In this document: in pieces, positions 19,336 through 29,270 of the stretch | How the letters are laid out: each line of letters opens with the position of its first letter | Position numbering within the stretch: the stretch's first letter is position 1 | DNA from: a bacterium | GTDB taxonomy: Bacteria; Patescibacteriota; Minisyncoccia; Moranbacterales; UBA9337 | Length of the DNA: 53,192 nt | Assembly (NCBI GenBank): GCA_021159185.1 | Contig: JAGGSH010000010.1 | Span: 1 to 53,192, forward strand | Direction: 5' to 3' | Made by a program: the position numbers and the translations under genes | The notes under the pieces: model-generated | Seen by the model: only the letters and a program-made list of their open reading frames with translations | Database searches by the model: none | What the model was told of the DNA's origin: nothing

Positions 19336-20478
19336 TTATTTCATTTTATCCGTTAATAATTTAGCAATGGAATTAGCGCATTTTTCCCAGCTAAACCTTT
19401 TCATATTTTTATATCCTTTCTTTATTATATCATCTCTCAAATTTTTGTCGCTAATAAGTTTATAAGCGGCTTCGGCGATTTCTTTTGGATTATGCGGATT
19501 AACTAGCAGCGCGAAACCTGCTACCTCCGGTATAGACGAATTATCACCGGCTACTACCGGCGTCCCCATACTTTGCGCTTCCAAAATCGGCAAGCCAAAC
19601 CCTTCATAAAAGGTGGGAAATAAAAAAACATCCGCGTTTTTTAAAAGCTCCCGTTTATTTTCTTCAGAAACATATCCTGTCTTAATTATTTCGCCCTTAT
19701 ACTTACTACTTAATACTAAATACTCAATACTTTCATATCCATATCCGGGCATTCCTGCTAAAACTAATTTATGCGGAATATTGTATTTTTCTTTCAAGAT
19801 TTCAAAAGCCTTGATAATCCCCGTAATATTTTTCCGTTTCTCTAATCTTCCAATGAATAATAAGTATGGTAAATTTGAAATTTGAAATTTGAAATTTGAA
19901 TTGAATTTTAAATTTTTTAATTTTAATTTTTTCTCCCTTTGGAAATTACGATTATATCCTTCACAAATCACTCTAATCTTACCAGCCTGAATGCCATATA
20001 ATTTCACCAAATCTCGTTTCGTGTTTTTGGAAACCGCGATAATCGTTTTTGCCCAGCGGCAGGAATTTTTTATAACCCGCCGCATATAAAATCTTTCCCA
20101 TCTTGAATACGCTTCGGGGTAAAATTCGTATTCTAACCCGTGAATAACGACTATCGTGTTTTTAGGATGGATAATGGGAACGGTATGCGCCGAAATAAAA
20201 AGAATATCCACCGGACGCAAAAGCATTTCCAACGACAAACCTAATTGCGTCCACAGATAGGGAAGCTTGATAGTTTTTACACTCCATTTTTCAGGTAATT
20301 CTATATCTCCAAGATACCTTCTTGAGTTACAAGTTGCGAGTTTTGAGTTGCGAGAATATAAAACCACCTCATGGCCATTTAATTTGTCCCTCAGGTTTTT
20401 TATCACTTGATACGAATATTCCTCAATGCCGGTGCGATTTTTTACAAACGCGCGGGAAGCGTCAATACCGATAAACAT
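19336..20478 (-). CDS. Glycosyltransferase family 4 (mannosyltransferase-like)
   Basis: MFIGIDAS...RTGIEEY, YEGFGLPILEAQ; start set at MFIG. Confidence 0.9.
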   Translation of the reverse strand: MFIGIDASRAFVKNRTGIEEYSYQVIKNLRDKLNGHEVVLYSRNSKLATCNSRRYLGDIELPEKWSVKTIKLPYLWTQLGLSLEMLLRPVDILFISAHTVPIIHPKNTIVVIHGLEYEFYPEAYSRWERFYMRRVIKNSCRWAKTIIAVSKNTKRDLVKLYGIQAGKIRVICEGYNRNFQREKKLKLKNLKFNSNFKFQISNLPYLLFIGRLEKRKNITGIIKAFEILKEKYNIPHKLVLAGMPGYGYESIEYLVLSSKYKGEIIKTGYVSEENKRELLKNADVFLFPTFYEGFGLPILEAQSMGTPVVAGDNSSIPEVAGFALLVNPHNPKEIAEAAYKLISDKNLRDDIIKKGYKNMKRFSWEKCANSIAKLLTDKMK

Positions 20479-20575
20479 AAATCTGTAACGCAAATCGCAA
20501 ATTTTATGCAAATACGCGAATATGCGAATAATTTCTAGCCAGAGAATTATAATTCAACGAAGAAATATTATAATC

Positions 20576-21583
20576 TTACTTAGACATTGCTATTGCCTGT
20601 TTGTATGTTTCCAGATTGTCCAGTATTTTGCCCGCTCCCTTAGCTACGCAAAGCAATGGATCATCGGCTGCATAGCAGGGAACATTAATAGTTTTAATAA
20701 TTAGCTGGTCCAGATTTTTAAGCAAGGCGCCGCCGCCCGAAAGAATCATTCCCTTATCCATAATGTCCGCCGCTAACTCAGGAGGCGTATCTTGTAAAAC
20801 TTTTTTTATAGCGTTAATAACCGCTCTCAGCTCATCCTGCAGCGCTTCAGTTATTTCATTGGAAGAAACTTTCACTGTTTTAGGCAGCCCTCCCGTCAAA
20901 TCACGCCCTTTGATTTCCATATATTCTTCTTTTACTTGCGCGATGGCCGAGCCGATTTTGATTTTAATTTCCTCCGCCGTCCTTTCCCCAATCGCCAGGC
21001 CATGTTTCCTCTTCATATAATCGGAAATAGCCTGGTCAAATTTATCGCCGCCCACTCTCGCGCTATTAGCCGCCACTACTCCTCCCAACGAAATAACCGC
21101 AATCTCTGAAGTCCCTCCCCCGATATTGATAATTGCGTTGCCTTGAGGATTATGAATGGGAATGCCCGCGCCTATAGCCGCCAATAGAGGCTCCTTTACG
21201 ACATAAGCCTGCTTAGCGCCGGCTTTTATAGTCGCGTCAATTACCGCTCTTTGTTCAGTGGAAGTTACTCCCGCCGGGATAGAAACCATGACTTCCGGAC
21301 GAACCAGCCTAATTCTTCCGCTGGCTTTGTTGATAAAATATTTAAGCATCGCTTCCGTAATGCGATAGTCGGCAATTACTCCATCCCTAAGCGGACGGCT
21401 GGCGAAAATAGTGTCGGGAGTGCGCCCCAGCATTTCCTTGGCTTCATTGCCCACTGCCAGCACTTTATTTTCAGCCAATGAAACCGCCACCACCGACGGC
21501 TCGTTTATTATCACGCCTTTCCCGGGAACAAAAACCAGCGTATTAGCCGTGCCTAAATCTATTCCGATTTTGCGAATTAACAT
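20576..21583 (-). CDS. mreB: Rod shape-determining protein MreB
   Basis: IGIDLGTANTL, PLRDGVIAD, GGGALL. Confidence 0.97.
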   Translation of the reverse strand: MLIRKIGIDLGTANTLVFVPGKGVIINEPSVVAVSLAENKVLAVGNEAKEMLGRTPDTIFASRPLRDGVIADYRITEAMLKYFINKASGRIRLVRPEVMVSIPAGVTSTEQRAVIDATIKAGAKQAYVVKEPLLAAIGAGIPIHNPQGNAIINIGGGTSEIAVISLGGVVAANSARVGGDKFDQAISDYMKRKHGLAIGERTAEEIKIKIGSAIAQVKEEYMEIKGRDLTGGLPKTVKVSSNEITEALQDELRAVINAIKKVLQDTPPELAADIMDKGMILSGGGALLKNLDQLIIKTINVPCYAADDPLLCVAKGAGKILDNLETYKQAIAMSK

Positions 21584-21601
21584 ACGATTTTTCTCAAAAT
21601 T

Positions 21602-22275
21602 TTAATTCATCAAAACTCTTCTCTTGCTTCTTTTATTAAATCTATCCAAAAACATTTTATTAAATTTCAATTTTTCTTTAGCAATTTTCTTTCCCGTTTT
21701 CGCATGCATTAAAGAATAAAGCTTCTTATTTTTTATTTCATATTCATAATAAACGCTGTGAAACTTATTATTCTTAATTCTGCCATTTCTTTTGCCTCCC
21801 TCTAAATTAAATTTTATATAATCTCGAAGTTTCATCTTGGGAAAAATATTGGCATTATTTCTTCCCAGCCACATACCCGCTCTCATAATCACAATCGCTC
21901 CCAATGAATCCAGCTTATCCGCGTCAAATAATATTTTAGCTTCAATAATCTTTGGCTTTTTGTTTGTTTTATATCTATGGGCTAATATGCAGTGCTTGAT
22001 TTTTTCTATTTTATTTTTATTTTTAAAATTTTCTCGCCCATCTTAGCCAATTCTTCAGTATGGCAAATTTTTCCGGTTGTATCATTATCCTCTTTTATTC
22101 TTCCAATATCATGAAGAAGCGTTGCTGTTTTTAAAATATCCAGATCAACTTTGCTTTTCTCCTCTTTAGCCAGTCTTAATGCCATATTATAAACTCGCAT
22201 CATATGATCAAAATTATGCGCGTTGCACTTTAGCTCTTTTTTTTGCAATTTTAAATATTTTCCTGACAATTTCAT
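21602..22275 (-). pseudogene. HD-domain phosphohydrolase, frameshifted near 22010
   Basis: AHNFDHMMRV and LLHDIG in one frame; IEKIKHCILAHRYK...LFDADKLDSLGA continues in another frame after an A-rich run. Confidence 0.8.
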
Positions 22276-22346
22276 TTCATTATTTTGAAATAAGTGCTAG
22301 TTAAAACTGTTTGCATTATAGCATTATAGCATTATAGCATTATAGC

Positions 22347-22374
22347 ATACTACCTTATGTAGTTGAATGGTAGT
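22347..22374. repeat. 28-bp conserved imperfect hairpin, copy 1
   Basis: ATACTACCTTATGTAGTTGAATGGTAGT. Confidence 0.9.
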
Positions 22375-22441
22375 GCTAATAATTTCTTACTTGATAGCTG
22401 AACAGTGGCCCATCTGCTAAAATTTGGCGAGAGCAAAAGAA

Positions 22442-22852
22442 TTAAAGCCCAAGTAATTCTTTTAAAAATCTATGCTGGGGATAACGATCCAAAAGACTTC
22501 CACTTTCATGACTATTCGTCTTTTTTTTCTTTCTTTTGTCTTTCTCTAACCAGCTTGTCAATATTTTTCTATAAGCTCCTTCTCTGGCATTTAACCACTT
22601 TTCCACACCGCTTATTGATTGATAGCTCACTTTTAATTCTTTTCTTATTTCTTCATAACTTTTATCATCTATTAATTTTTTAGCTATTTGGACTCGGCGA
22701 GCAAGCATTAAAGATTCACTGGGGGTAAGCAATCCAATAAAAAAATCTATTATTTCTTGTTTCAACCTTAATCCGGAAACTATATCAAAAAAATCTCCAA
22801 CTTGCCGCATTCTTTCTTTTTTGGATATGGAATAAATTTTTACTTTAGACAT
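22442..22852 (-). CDS. TrpR-like (YerC/YecD) helix-turn-helix protein
   Basis: LLTPSESLMLARRVQIAKKL..SYEEIRKELKVS. Confidence 0.88.
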   Translation of the reverse strand: MSKVKIYSISKKERMRQVGDFFDIVSGLRLKQEIIDFFIGLLTPSESLMLARRVQIAKKLIDDKSYEEIRKELKVSYQSISGVEKWLNAREGAYRKILTSWLEKDKRKKKKTNSHESGSLLDRYPQHRFLKELLGL

Positions 22853-22888
22853 GTTTCAATATTTTAATTTTACAGTGATGCTTTCACT

Positions 22889-22916
22889 ATACTACCTTAT
22901 GTAGTTGAATGGTAGT
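22889..22916. repeat. 28-bp conserved imperfect hairpin, copy 2
   Basis: Identical to copy 1. Confidence 0.9.
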
Positions 22917-22954
22917 GTAGTTGTGATTTTGTTATGCTTTTTTTGTTTGGTTTT

Positions 22955-23278
22955 TTATTTAAATTCCAAAACTCTATATTTTCCATTTTTTAGCTTTTTC
23001 TTTTTTCGGTTCATTATTTTTTTGTGCTTTTTCCAAAAAGCTTTGTCAATTTCTTTCGGCGAAACACCCAAACTCACAAAATTACCCAGCACTAAATTCA
23101 GTAAATCTATATTTTCCTCTATCACATTCTCGCGAGACTTACCCTTAGTAATAGCTTGAGCTAATTCTCCCAATTCTTCAATCAACAAATTCAGCCGAAA
23201 AGTCATATCCTCGTTATTAGTTCCTTTCATCTTGAATTTCCTGTGAAATTTCGCAGTGGCGTCGTAATATTTTTTCAT
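22955..23278 (-). CDS. MazG-like nucleotide pyrophosphohydrolase
   Basis: LIEELGELAQAI...EENIDLL (EExxE...EExxD). Confidence 0.8.
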   Translation of the reverse strand: MKKYYDATAKFHRKFKMKGTNNEDMTFRLNLLIEELGELAQAITKGKSRENVIEENIDLLNLVLGNFVSLGVSPKEIDKAFWKKHKKIMNRKKKKLKNGKYRVLEFK

Positions 23279-23346
23279 AATAATATGGCAAACTAATAAT
23301 GCAATCCAATATTTACTTTATTTTCTTATTCTTCATTAATGCTACA

Positions 23347-23374
23347 ATACTACCTTATGTAGTTGAATAGTAGT
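23347..23374. repeat. 28-bp conserved imperfect hairpin, copy 3
   Basis: ATACTACCTTATGTAGTTGAATAGTAGT (1 mismatch). Confidence 0.9.
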
Positions 23375-23412
23375 CTAGTTATAATTTCACCATTCTACGA
23401 ACAGCGCTTGCG

Positions 23413-23880
23413 CTACTTTCCATGTCTTACATTTTCCAAATATTTCCCCGCTGATTTTAAAATTCTTTTCGGTCCCCTGTAAGTTATTTTTTTCATAGCC
23501 TCTTCGTATTCTAGCCATTCCCAGCCGATATGCTCAAAGGAAATTTTTACTTTTCCTGTTTCGGTTTTAGCCAAATAATAAATAACTTTTTTGAAAATAT
23601 TAACACTTATTCCTGCCCTCGTTCTTTTTTCCTTCTCCTCTCCCTTGGCTCGGTAAAAATAATAAACATGTTTCTTAAAATCAGGCAAAATTTCCAAATC
23701 GCTTATGCTTGTTTCTTCTAAAACTTCCCTTCGCAAAGCCTGTTCTTCACTCTCCCCTTCCTCAATATGCCCCTTGGGAAAATCCCAATGGCCGGATTTG
23801 TAATGAAGAAACAGAAAATAAATTTTATTTTTATTCCGCCTAAACACCACGGCGCCGGCAGATTTTTCAAAACAAAACAT
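23413..23880 (-). CDS. NUDIX hydrolase (Ap4A hydrolase-like)
   Basis: EKSAGAVVF, HWDFPKGHIEEGESEEQALRREVLEET Nudix box; start set at MFCF. Confidence 0.9.
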   Translation of the reverse strand: MFCFEKSAGAVVFRRNKNKIYFLFLHYKSGHWDFPKGHIEEGESEEQALRREVLEETSISDLEILPDFKKHVYYFYRAKGEEKEKRTRAGISVNIFKKVIYYLAKTETGKVKISFEHIGWEWLEYEEAMKKITYRGPKRILKSAGKYLENVRHGK

Positions 23881-23891
23881 AATATATAACT

Positions 23892-26546
23892 TTATTTCCC
23901 GCAACATTTTTTATATTTTTTTCCGCTTCCGCACGGGCAAGGATCATTGCGTCCCACTTTATTTTGATTAATGATGGGTTTTGAAGGCGCAGCTTTTTCA
24001 CTCCCTCCTTGTTCACTAGACTGCGCTTTTTTAATCGCGCCAAATTGTTCCACCTGCCCACCTGATCCCTTGAGCTGCCAACTACTTTCTTCTATCTGTT
24101 CAACTGGCTGAGATTCTTGAGAAATATAAGCAACTTTGAATATAGTATGAATAATAGTAGATCTAATATTATCCATCAAGCGAGTAAATAAATTATAGGC
24201 TTCCCTCTTGTATTCAACCAGCGGATCTTTTTGCCCATAACCGCGTAATCCGATTCCCTGCCTTAAATAATCAATCTCATCTAAATGATTCATCCAGATA
24301 GTATCTATAGTTCGCAACATTATTATTTTTTCAACGCGACGCATATTTTCATATCCTATTTCTTTTTCCTTTTGCGCGTAAGCCTTTTTAGCCAGTCCCG
24401 CCAAACATTCAACTAATTTACTCACTTTTTGCGCGTCATCTTCTGATTTATCGGAAGATATCTCTTTTAGATGTCTTCTATCTTTTTCTTCCAAAGGAAA
24501 TATATTATTAACATTCGCCAAAATTGTTTTCATATCCCATTCGCATCCTTGAACATCGCACCGGACAGAAACAATTTTTTCCAGTTCTTCAATAATATTA
24601 TTTAAAACTAGATTTTTTGTGTCATGGCTGGATAAAATTTCTTTCCTTTTTTTATACACCACTTCCCTTTGCTTATTCATTACATCGTCATATTCCAAGA
24701 TATGCTTTCTGACATCAAAGTTAAATCCCTCTATTTTTGACTGGGAACCTTCAATAGTTTTTGAAATAATTTTATTTTGGATCGGCTGGTCTTCCGGCAA
24801 ACCCAGAGTATTCATCATATTTTTCAGCTTGTCGCCGCCGAATCGCCGCATCAATTCATCTTCCAAAGAAACATAAAACTGCGACATGCCAGGATCTCCC
24901 TGCCGTCCCGCGCGCCCGCGCAATTGATTGTCAATGCGCCGAGCCTCATGCCGTTCCGTTCCGATGATATAAAGTCCGCCCAGTTTTTTCACTCCTTCTC
25001 CCAGTTTTATGTCAGTCCCTCTTCCCGCCATATTGGTAGCGATAGTCACCGCTCCGCGCTCTCCGGCGCCGGCAATGATAGGCGCTTCTTTCTCATGCTG
25101 CTTAGCGTTCAAAACTTCATGCTTAACTCCTTCTCGTTCCAATAAAGCGCTTAGATATTCTGACTTTTCAATAGCTATTGTTCCCACCAAAACCGGTTGT
25201 CCCGTATGATTAATTTTTTTTATAGTTTGAGCGATGGCTTTAAATTTTCCTTCCTCGGTTTTATAAATCACATCGGGCAGATCTTTTCTCGTCATCGGCT
25301 CATTAGTGGGAATCTCCAGCACTTCCAACTCATACACTTTATTAAATTCTTCCGCGCTGGTGATAGCCGTTCCCGTCATTCCGGAAAGCTTTTTATACAT
25401 TCTAAAATAATTCTGAAAAGTAATAGTAGCCAAGGTTCTTGACTCCTTTTGCACCGCCACACCCTCCTTAGCTTCTATGGCCTGGTGTAGCCCTTCACTG
25501 TAACGCCTTCCCTCCATAAGTCTTCCAGTAAAATCATCCACGATAATAACCTGTCCGTCTTTTACGATGTAGTCGCGTTCTCGTTTGAAAAGGGCGTGGG
25601 CTTTGAGCGATTGCTCCAGATGATGCACATAGCTTATTTTTTCCGGATCGTAAATATTTCCCATCCCCAGAGTCTTTTCCACATTGGAAATTCCCTTGTC
25701 GGTTAAGGTAATCGCTTTCATTTTTTCATCAATTTCATAATCAATATTCTCTTTGAGCCGCGGGACAATTTGGGCAAATTTTTGGTAAAGCTTGGTTGAC
25801 TCAGAATCGGGAGCGGAAATAATTAAAGGCGTCCGCGCCTCATCAATTAATATGGAATCCACTTCGTCCACGATGGCAAAATTCAATTCCCGCTGAACCA
25901 TTTGCTCCAAACTTTGCGCCATATTGTCCCGCAGATAATCAAAGCCGTATTCATTATTAGTCCCGTAAGTTATATCCGCGCTGTAAGCTTCTCGGCGGCT
26001 TATTGGAATAAGATTTTCTTCTTCCACGCTCACCTCATCATCATCTATAATTTTAGGCTCATACTTATAAGATATGTCGTGCAAAATACAAGCGGTGCTT
26101 AATCCCAGAAAATGAAAGATTGATCCCATCCAATTGCAATCTCTTTTAGCTAAATAATCATTGACGGTTATTATATGCGCTCCCTTGCCTTCCAAAGCGT
26201 TAAGGTAAATCGGCAAAGTAGATGTCAATGTCTTTCCTTCTCCCGTTTTCATTTCGGCGATTTTTCCCTGATGTAAAACTATGCCGCCTAACAACTGGAC
26301 ATCATAGTGCCGTTCGCCAATGACTCTCTTGGCCGCTTCCCGCGCCACGGCAAAAGCCTCTGGCAAAATGTCATCCGGAGATTCTCCTTTTTTTAAGCGG
26401 TTTTTAAAATCTTCTGTTTTATTTTTCAGTTCACTGTCTGAAAGTTTGGATATTTCACTTTCAAGAGAATTTATTTCTTTTACGATTGGTTGAAGTTTTT
26501 TAATTTCTCTTTCATTGGAACCAAAAAGTTTTTTAAGCAATTGCAT
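23892..26546 (-). CDS. secA: Preprotein translocase SecA
   Basis: AEMKTGEGKT, IVDEVDSILIDEARTPL, C-terminal SEC-C GRNDPCPCGSGKKYKKCCG. Confidence 0.99.
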   Translation of the reverse strand: MQLLKKLFGSNEREIKKLQPIVKEINSLESEISKLSDSELKNKTEDFKNRLKKGESPDDILPEAFAVAREAAKRVIGERHYDVQLLGGIVLHQGKIAEMKTGEGKTLTSTLPIYLNALEGKGAHIITVNDYLAKRDCNWMGSIFHFLGLSTACILHDISYKYEPKIIDDDEVSVEEENLIPISRREAYSADITYGTNNEYGFDYLRDNMAQSLEQMVQRELNFAIVDEVDSILIDEARTPLIISAPDSESTKLYQKFAQIVPRLKENIDYEIDEKMKAITLTDKGISNVEKTLGMGNIYDPEKISYVHHLEQSLKAHALFKRERDYIVKDGQVIIVDDFTGRLMEGRRYSEGLHQAIEAKEGVAVQKESRTLATITFQNYFRMYKKLSGMTGTAITSAEEFNKVYELEVLEIPTNEPMTRKDLPDVIYKTEEGKFKAIAQTIKKINHTGQPVLVGTIAIEKSEYLSALLEREGVKHEVLNAKQHEKEAPIIAGAGERGAVTIATNMAGRGTDIKLGEGVKKLGGLYIIGTERHEARRIDNQLRGRAGRQGDPGMSQFYVSLEDELMRRFGGDKLKNMMNTLGLPEDQPIQNKIISKTIEGSQSKIEGFNFDVRKHILEYDDVMNKQREVVYKKRKEILSSHDTKNLVLNNIIEELEKIVSVRCDVQGCEWDMKTILANVNNIFPLEEKDRRHLKEISSDKSEDDAQKVSKLVECLAGLAKKAYAQKEKEIGYENMRRVEKIIMLRTIDTIWMNHLDEIDYLRQGIGLRGYGQKDPLVEYKREAYNLFTRLMDNIRSTIIHTIFKVAYISQESQPVEQIEESSWQLKGSGGQVEQFGAIKKAQSSEQGGSEKAAPSKPIINQNKVGRNDPCPCGSGKKYKKCCGK

Positions 26547-26603
26547 AGTAAAAAGTGTTATTTTACAGTATTGTTTACGATTTTTTATTGCCTACTCCTT
26601 GTC

Positions 26604-26747
26604 TGTCATTCCGGAATTTTTTCTGTAGCATAGCGAAAGAAAAAATATCCGGAATCTAGGATTGTTAAAATCTCTAGGCTTGAGATAATTAAAAGCGCAG
26701 ATTCCGGATATTTTCTCCGCTGTCGCTCCGAAAATTCCGGAATGACA
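26604..26747. repeat. REP/REPIN-like palindrome family A
   Basis: Same termini and spacer family. Confidence 0.9.
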
Positions 26748-26832
26748 TAAAGAAAAAGTGTAAACAACGCTTTTGATTCTTATACATAAAGTAATGTCGT
26801 AACTAGCGCTGGGGAGTTTCTTGCAAATCAAT

Positions 26833-29259
26833 CTATTTTCTTATCTTTACACCCAATTCTCTTTCTAAATCAGCGGCAATTTTTTCCATCAGCGCGTCCG
26901 CTTCTTTACTTTCCAATGTTCTGTCAGCTGATCCAAAAATAATATGAAACGCCAGACTTTTTTCGTTTTCTTTCTCGTTTTCAAAAATATCAAACAAGTC
27001 AACATCCAAAACTAAATTCCCTCCGGATGCTTGAATGCTGGATAAAACATCGGATATTTTGACGCTTTTGTCAACAATCATTGAAATATCTCTTACGATG
27101 GTCGGATATTTGCTAATAGGCGCGTATTCTCTTTCTGTTTCTGAAATTTTTTTGAGTTCTCCCATATCAAATTCAAACATCGCCACTCTTTGCCGAATGC
27201 CAAATTGGGCCAACACGAAAGGATTAATTTCACCTAAATATCCTACGGCCTTTTCGCTGCCTTCAATTTTTATTTCCGCGCTGCGGCTTTCGTGCCAAAG
27301 CGTTCGAAAAGTCTCCAGCGGGCTGGAATTAAAATCATCATAGTATTGTCCCATCACTCCCAACCGCGAGAGCAAATGGTCAACATATCCTTTTGCCAAA
27401 TAAAAACCTTCCGCTCCGCTATTTTCTCCTTTTTTTGAAGAGTTCATAACTACTGCCCCAACTAACACTATTTTTTCCTCCGGTAAAACTTCACTGTTCG
27501 GCCAATATACCCGCCCAACCTCAAAAATATTAAATTCCTTGTAATTCCTCAAATTATCCCTGATATTTTTAAGTAAATTAGGAATTAAACTTATCCTCAT
27601 CAAGGCTTGATTTGGATTCATGGGATTTTTCAGCTCTAAATGTTTTATAGTCCCTAACCCCGCCAATCCGGCGTCTTTAACGCCGTAAAACGAATAATTG
27701 CAGACTTCCAAAAATCCGCCGCCAGCTAAAATGTTTTTAACTTCTCTTTCAAACATTTTCTGATCATTGGCTTTGGCCGGCTTTACGGGAGCCAGCGGCG
27801 GACGCGGCTTTATTTTTTCATAGCCGTAGATTCGGCCTATTTCTTCAATTAAATCTTCCTGCGTCTTTAAATCAATTCTAAATGTTGGAATCTCTGCCTC
27901 AACTCGTGACTCGTGACTCGTGACTCGTAACTCAAGATTTTCTAATATTTTTTTAACAATTTTAGGAGAAATATCCTCTCCCAATAATCTGTTTAAATAA
28001 GCCAAATCTAATTTTATCTTCCACGGTAAAACTTTTTTTGGATAAATATCTTTCACGGATTCTAATTTCCCGCCAGCCGTTTCCGAAATTATTTCAATTA
28101 ACCGCGCCATTCCTTTCTCCGCCAGATTAGGGTCAAGCTCTCTTTCAAAACGGTCGGATGATTCAGTTTTAATTCCCAGCCGCATCCTGGTTTTCCTGAT
28201 TAACATTGGGTTAAAATTGGCCGCTTCCAAAAATATATTTTTTGTTTTTGGGTTAACTCCGGAATCCAAACCTCCCATAATTCCCGCGATAGCCAGCGCC
28301 TTTTCACTGTCCGCGATCACCAGATCATCTTCCATTAATTCCGCGATAGATTCGTCCAGTAATTTTATTTTTTCGCCTTTTTTAGCATTTCTAATAAATA
28401 TACTAGGAATTTTGGATTTGGGATTTGGGATTTCCATTGTTTTGATTTTTCCAAAATCAAAACAATGGAGCGGCTGTCCCAATTCCAGCATCACATAATT
28501 AGCCGCGTCCACCACATTATTAACGGGACTAATTCCGCAAGTTATCAGTCGCGACTTAATCCAACTGGGCGATTCTTTAATTTCAATATTTTTCATAACC
28601 GCTCCGATATATCTCGGACATAATTCTTTACTTTGAATTTCAACTTTAATTTTATCAGTTTTCGCGGATGGCATTTTTAATCCTTCGTAATCATAATCAA
28701 ATTTTTTATTTTCCAGCGCGCAAATTTCCCGCGCTATTCCGATATGGCTTAGCGCGTCATGCCCGCGATTGGACAAAATATCCAAATCTATCATCGCATC
28801 GTCAAGTTTCAGGGCTTCAGCTAAATTCATTCCCGGCCTTAATTTTTTATCCAATATTAAAATTCCGCTATGATCGCTTCCTAGTCCTAACTCGTCTTCG
28901 GCGCAAAGCATCCCATAAGATTTCACGCCCCTAATTTCCGCTTTTTTTATTTTTAATCCCCCCGGGAGCTTAGCTCCCGCCAGCGCCACCGGCACTTTCT
29001 GCCCAATCGCTATGTTATAAGCGCCGCAAACGATATTTAATTTTTTGTTTTTTATATCCACTTTCACAACCTGCAATTTGTCCGCGTCAGGATGCTTTTC
29101 AATCCCCACTATCTTCCCGACGACAACTTTATCCAAATTCTTTCCCGTTTTTCTAATCTCCTCCGCTTCAAAAGCGCGCATCGTCAAAAGCTCCGCCAAT
29201 TTCTCCGGAGATAATTTCGTTCCTGATAATTCTTTAAGCCAATTATAGGAGTAACGCAT
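26833..29259 (-). CDS. pheT: Phenylalanine-tRNA ligase beta subunit
   Basis: KHPDADKL, NVVDAANYVMLELGQPLH, DLIEEIGRIYGY, ferredoxin-fold C-terminus. Confidence 0.98.
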   Translation of the reverse strand: MRYSYNWLKELSGTKLSPEKLAELLTMRAFEAEEIRKTGKNLDKVVVGKIVGIEKHPDADKLQVVKVDIKNKKLNIVCGAYNIAIGQKVPVALAGAKLPGGLKIKKAEIRGVKSYGMLCAEDELGLGSDHSGILILDKKLRPGMNLAEALKLDDAMIDLDILSNRGHDALSHIGIAREICALENKKFDYDYEGLKMPSAKTDKIKVEIQSKELCPRYIGAVMKNIEIKESPSWIKSRLITCGISPVNNVVDAANYVMLELGQPLHCFDFGKIKTMEIPNPKSKIPSIFIRNAKKGEKIKLLDESIAELMEDDLVIADSEKALAIAGIMGGLDSGVNPKTKNIFLEAANFNPMLIRKTRMRLGIKTESSDRFERELDPNLAEKGMARLIEIISETAGGKLESVKDIYPKKVLPWKIKLDLAYLNRLLGEDISPKIVKKILENLELRVTSHESRVEAEIPTFRIDLKTQEDLIEEIGRIYGYEKIKPRPPLAPVKPAKANDQKMFEREVKNILAGGGFLEVCNYSFYGVKDAGLAGLGTIKHLELKNPMNPNQALMRISLIPNLLKNIRDNLRNYKEFNIFEVGRVYWPNSEVLPEEKIVLVGAVVMNSSKKGENSGAEGFYLAKGYVDHLLSRLGVMGQYYDDFNSSPLETFRTLWHESRSAEIKIEGSEKAVGYLGEINPFVLAQFGIRQRVAMFEFDMGELKKISETEREYAPISKYPTIVRDISMIVDKSVKISDVLSSIQASGGNLVLDVDLFDIFENEKENEKSLAFHIIFGSADRTLESKEADALMEKIAADLERELGVKIRK

Positions 29260-29270
29260 ATGTATTTTAT

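Noticed and set aside
22347-22374. 28-bp repeat as a XerC/D dif site
   Set aside because: The length fits, but the arms do not follow the CATAA-N6-TTATGTTAAAT layout
22347-23374. 28-bp repeats as a CRISPR array
   Set aside because: The intervals are 430-515 bp and contain whole genes; no cas genes are present
26592-26831. Short ORFs over REP elements (also 17906-18100, 36003-36209, 33009-33551)
   Set aside because: They are translations of palindromic repeats or antisense shadows with no protein motifs
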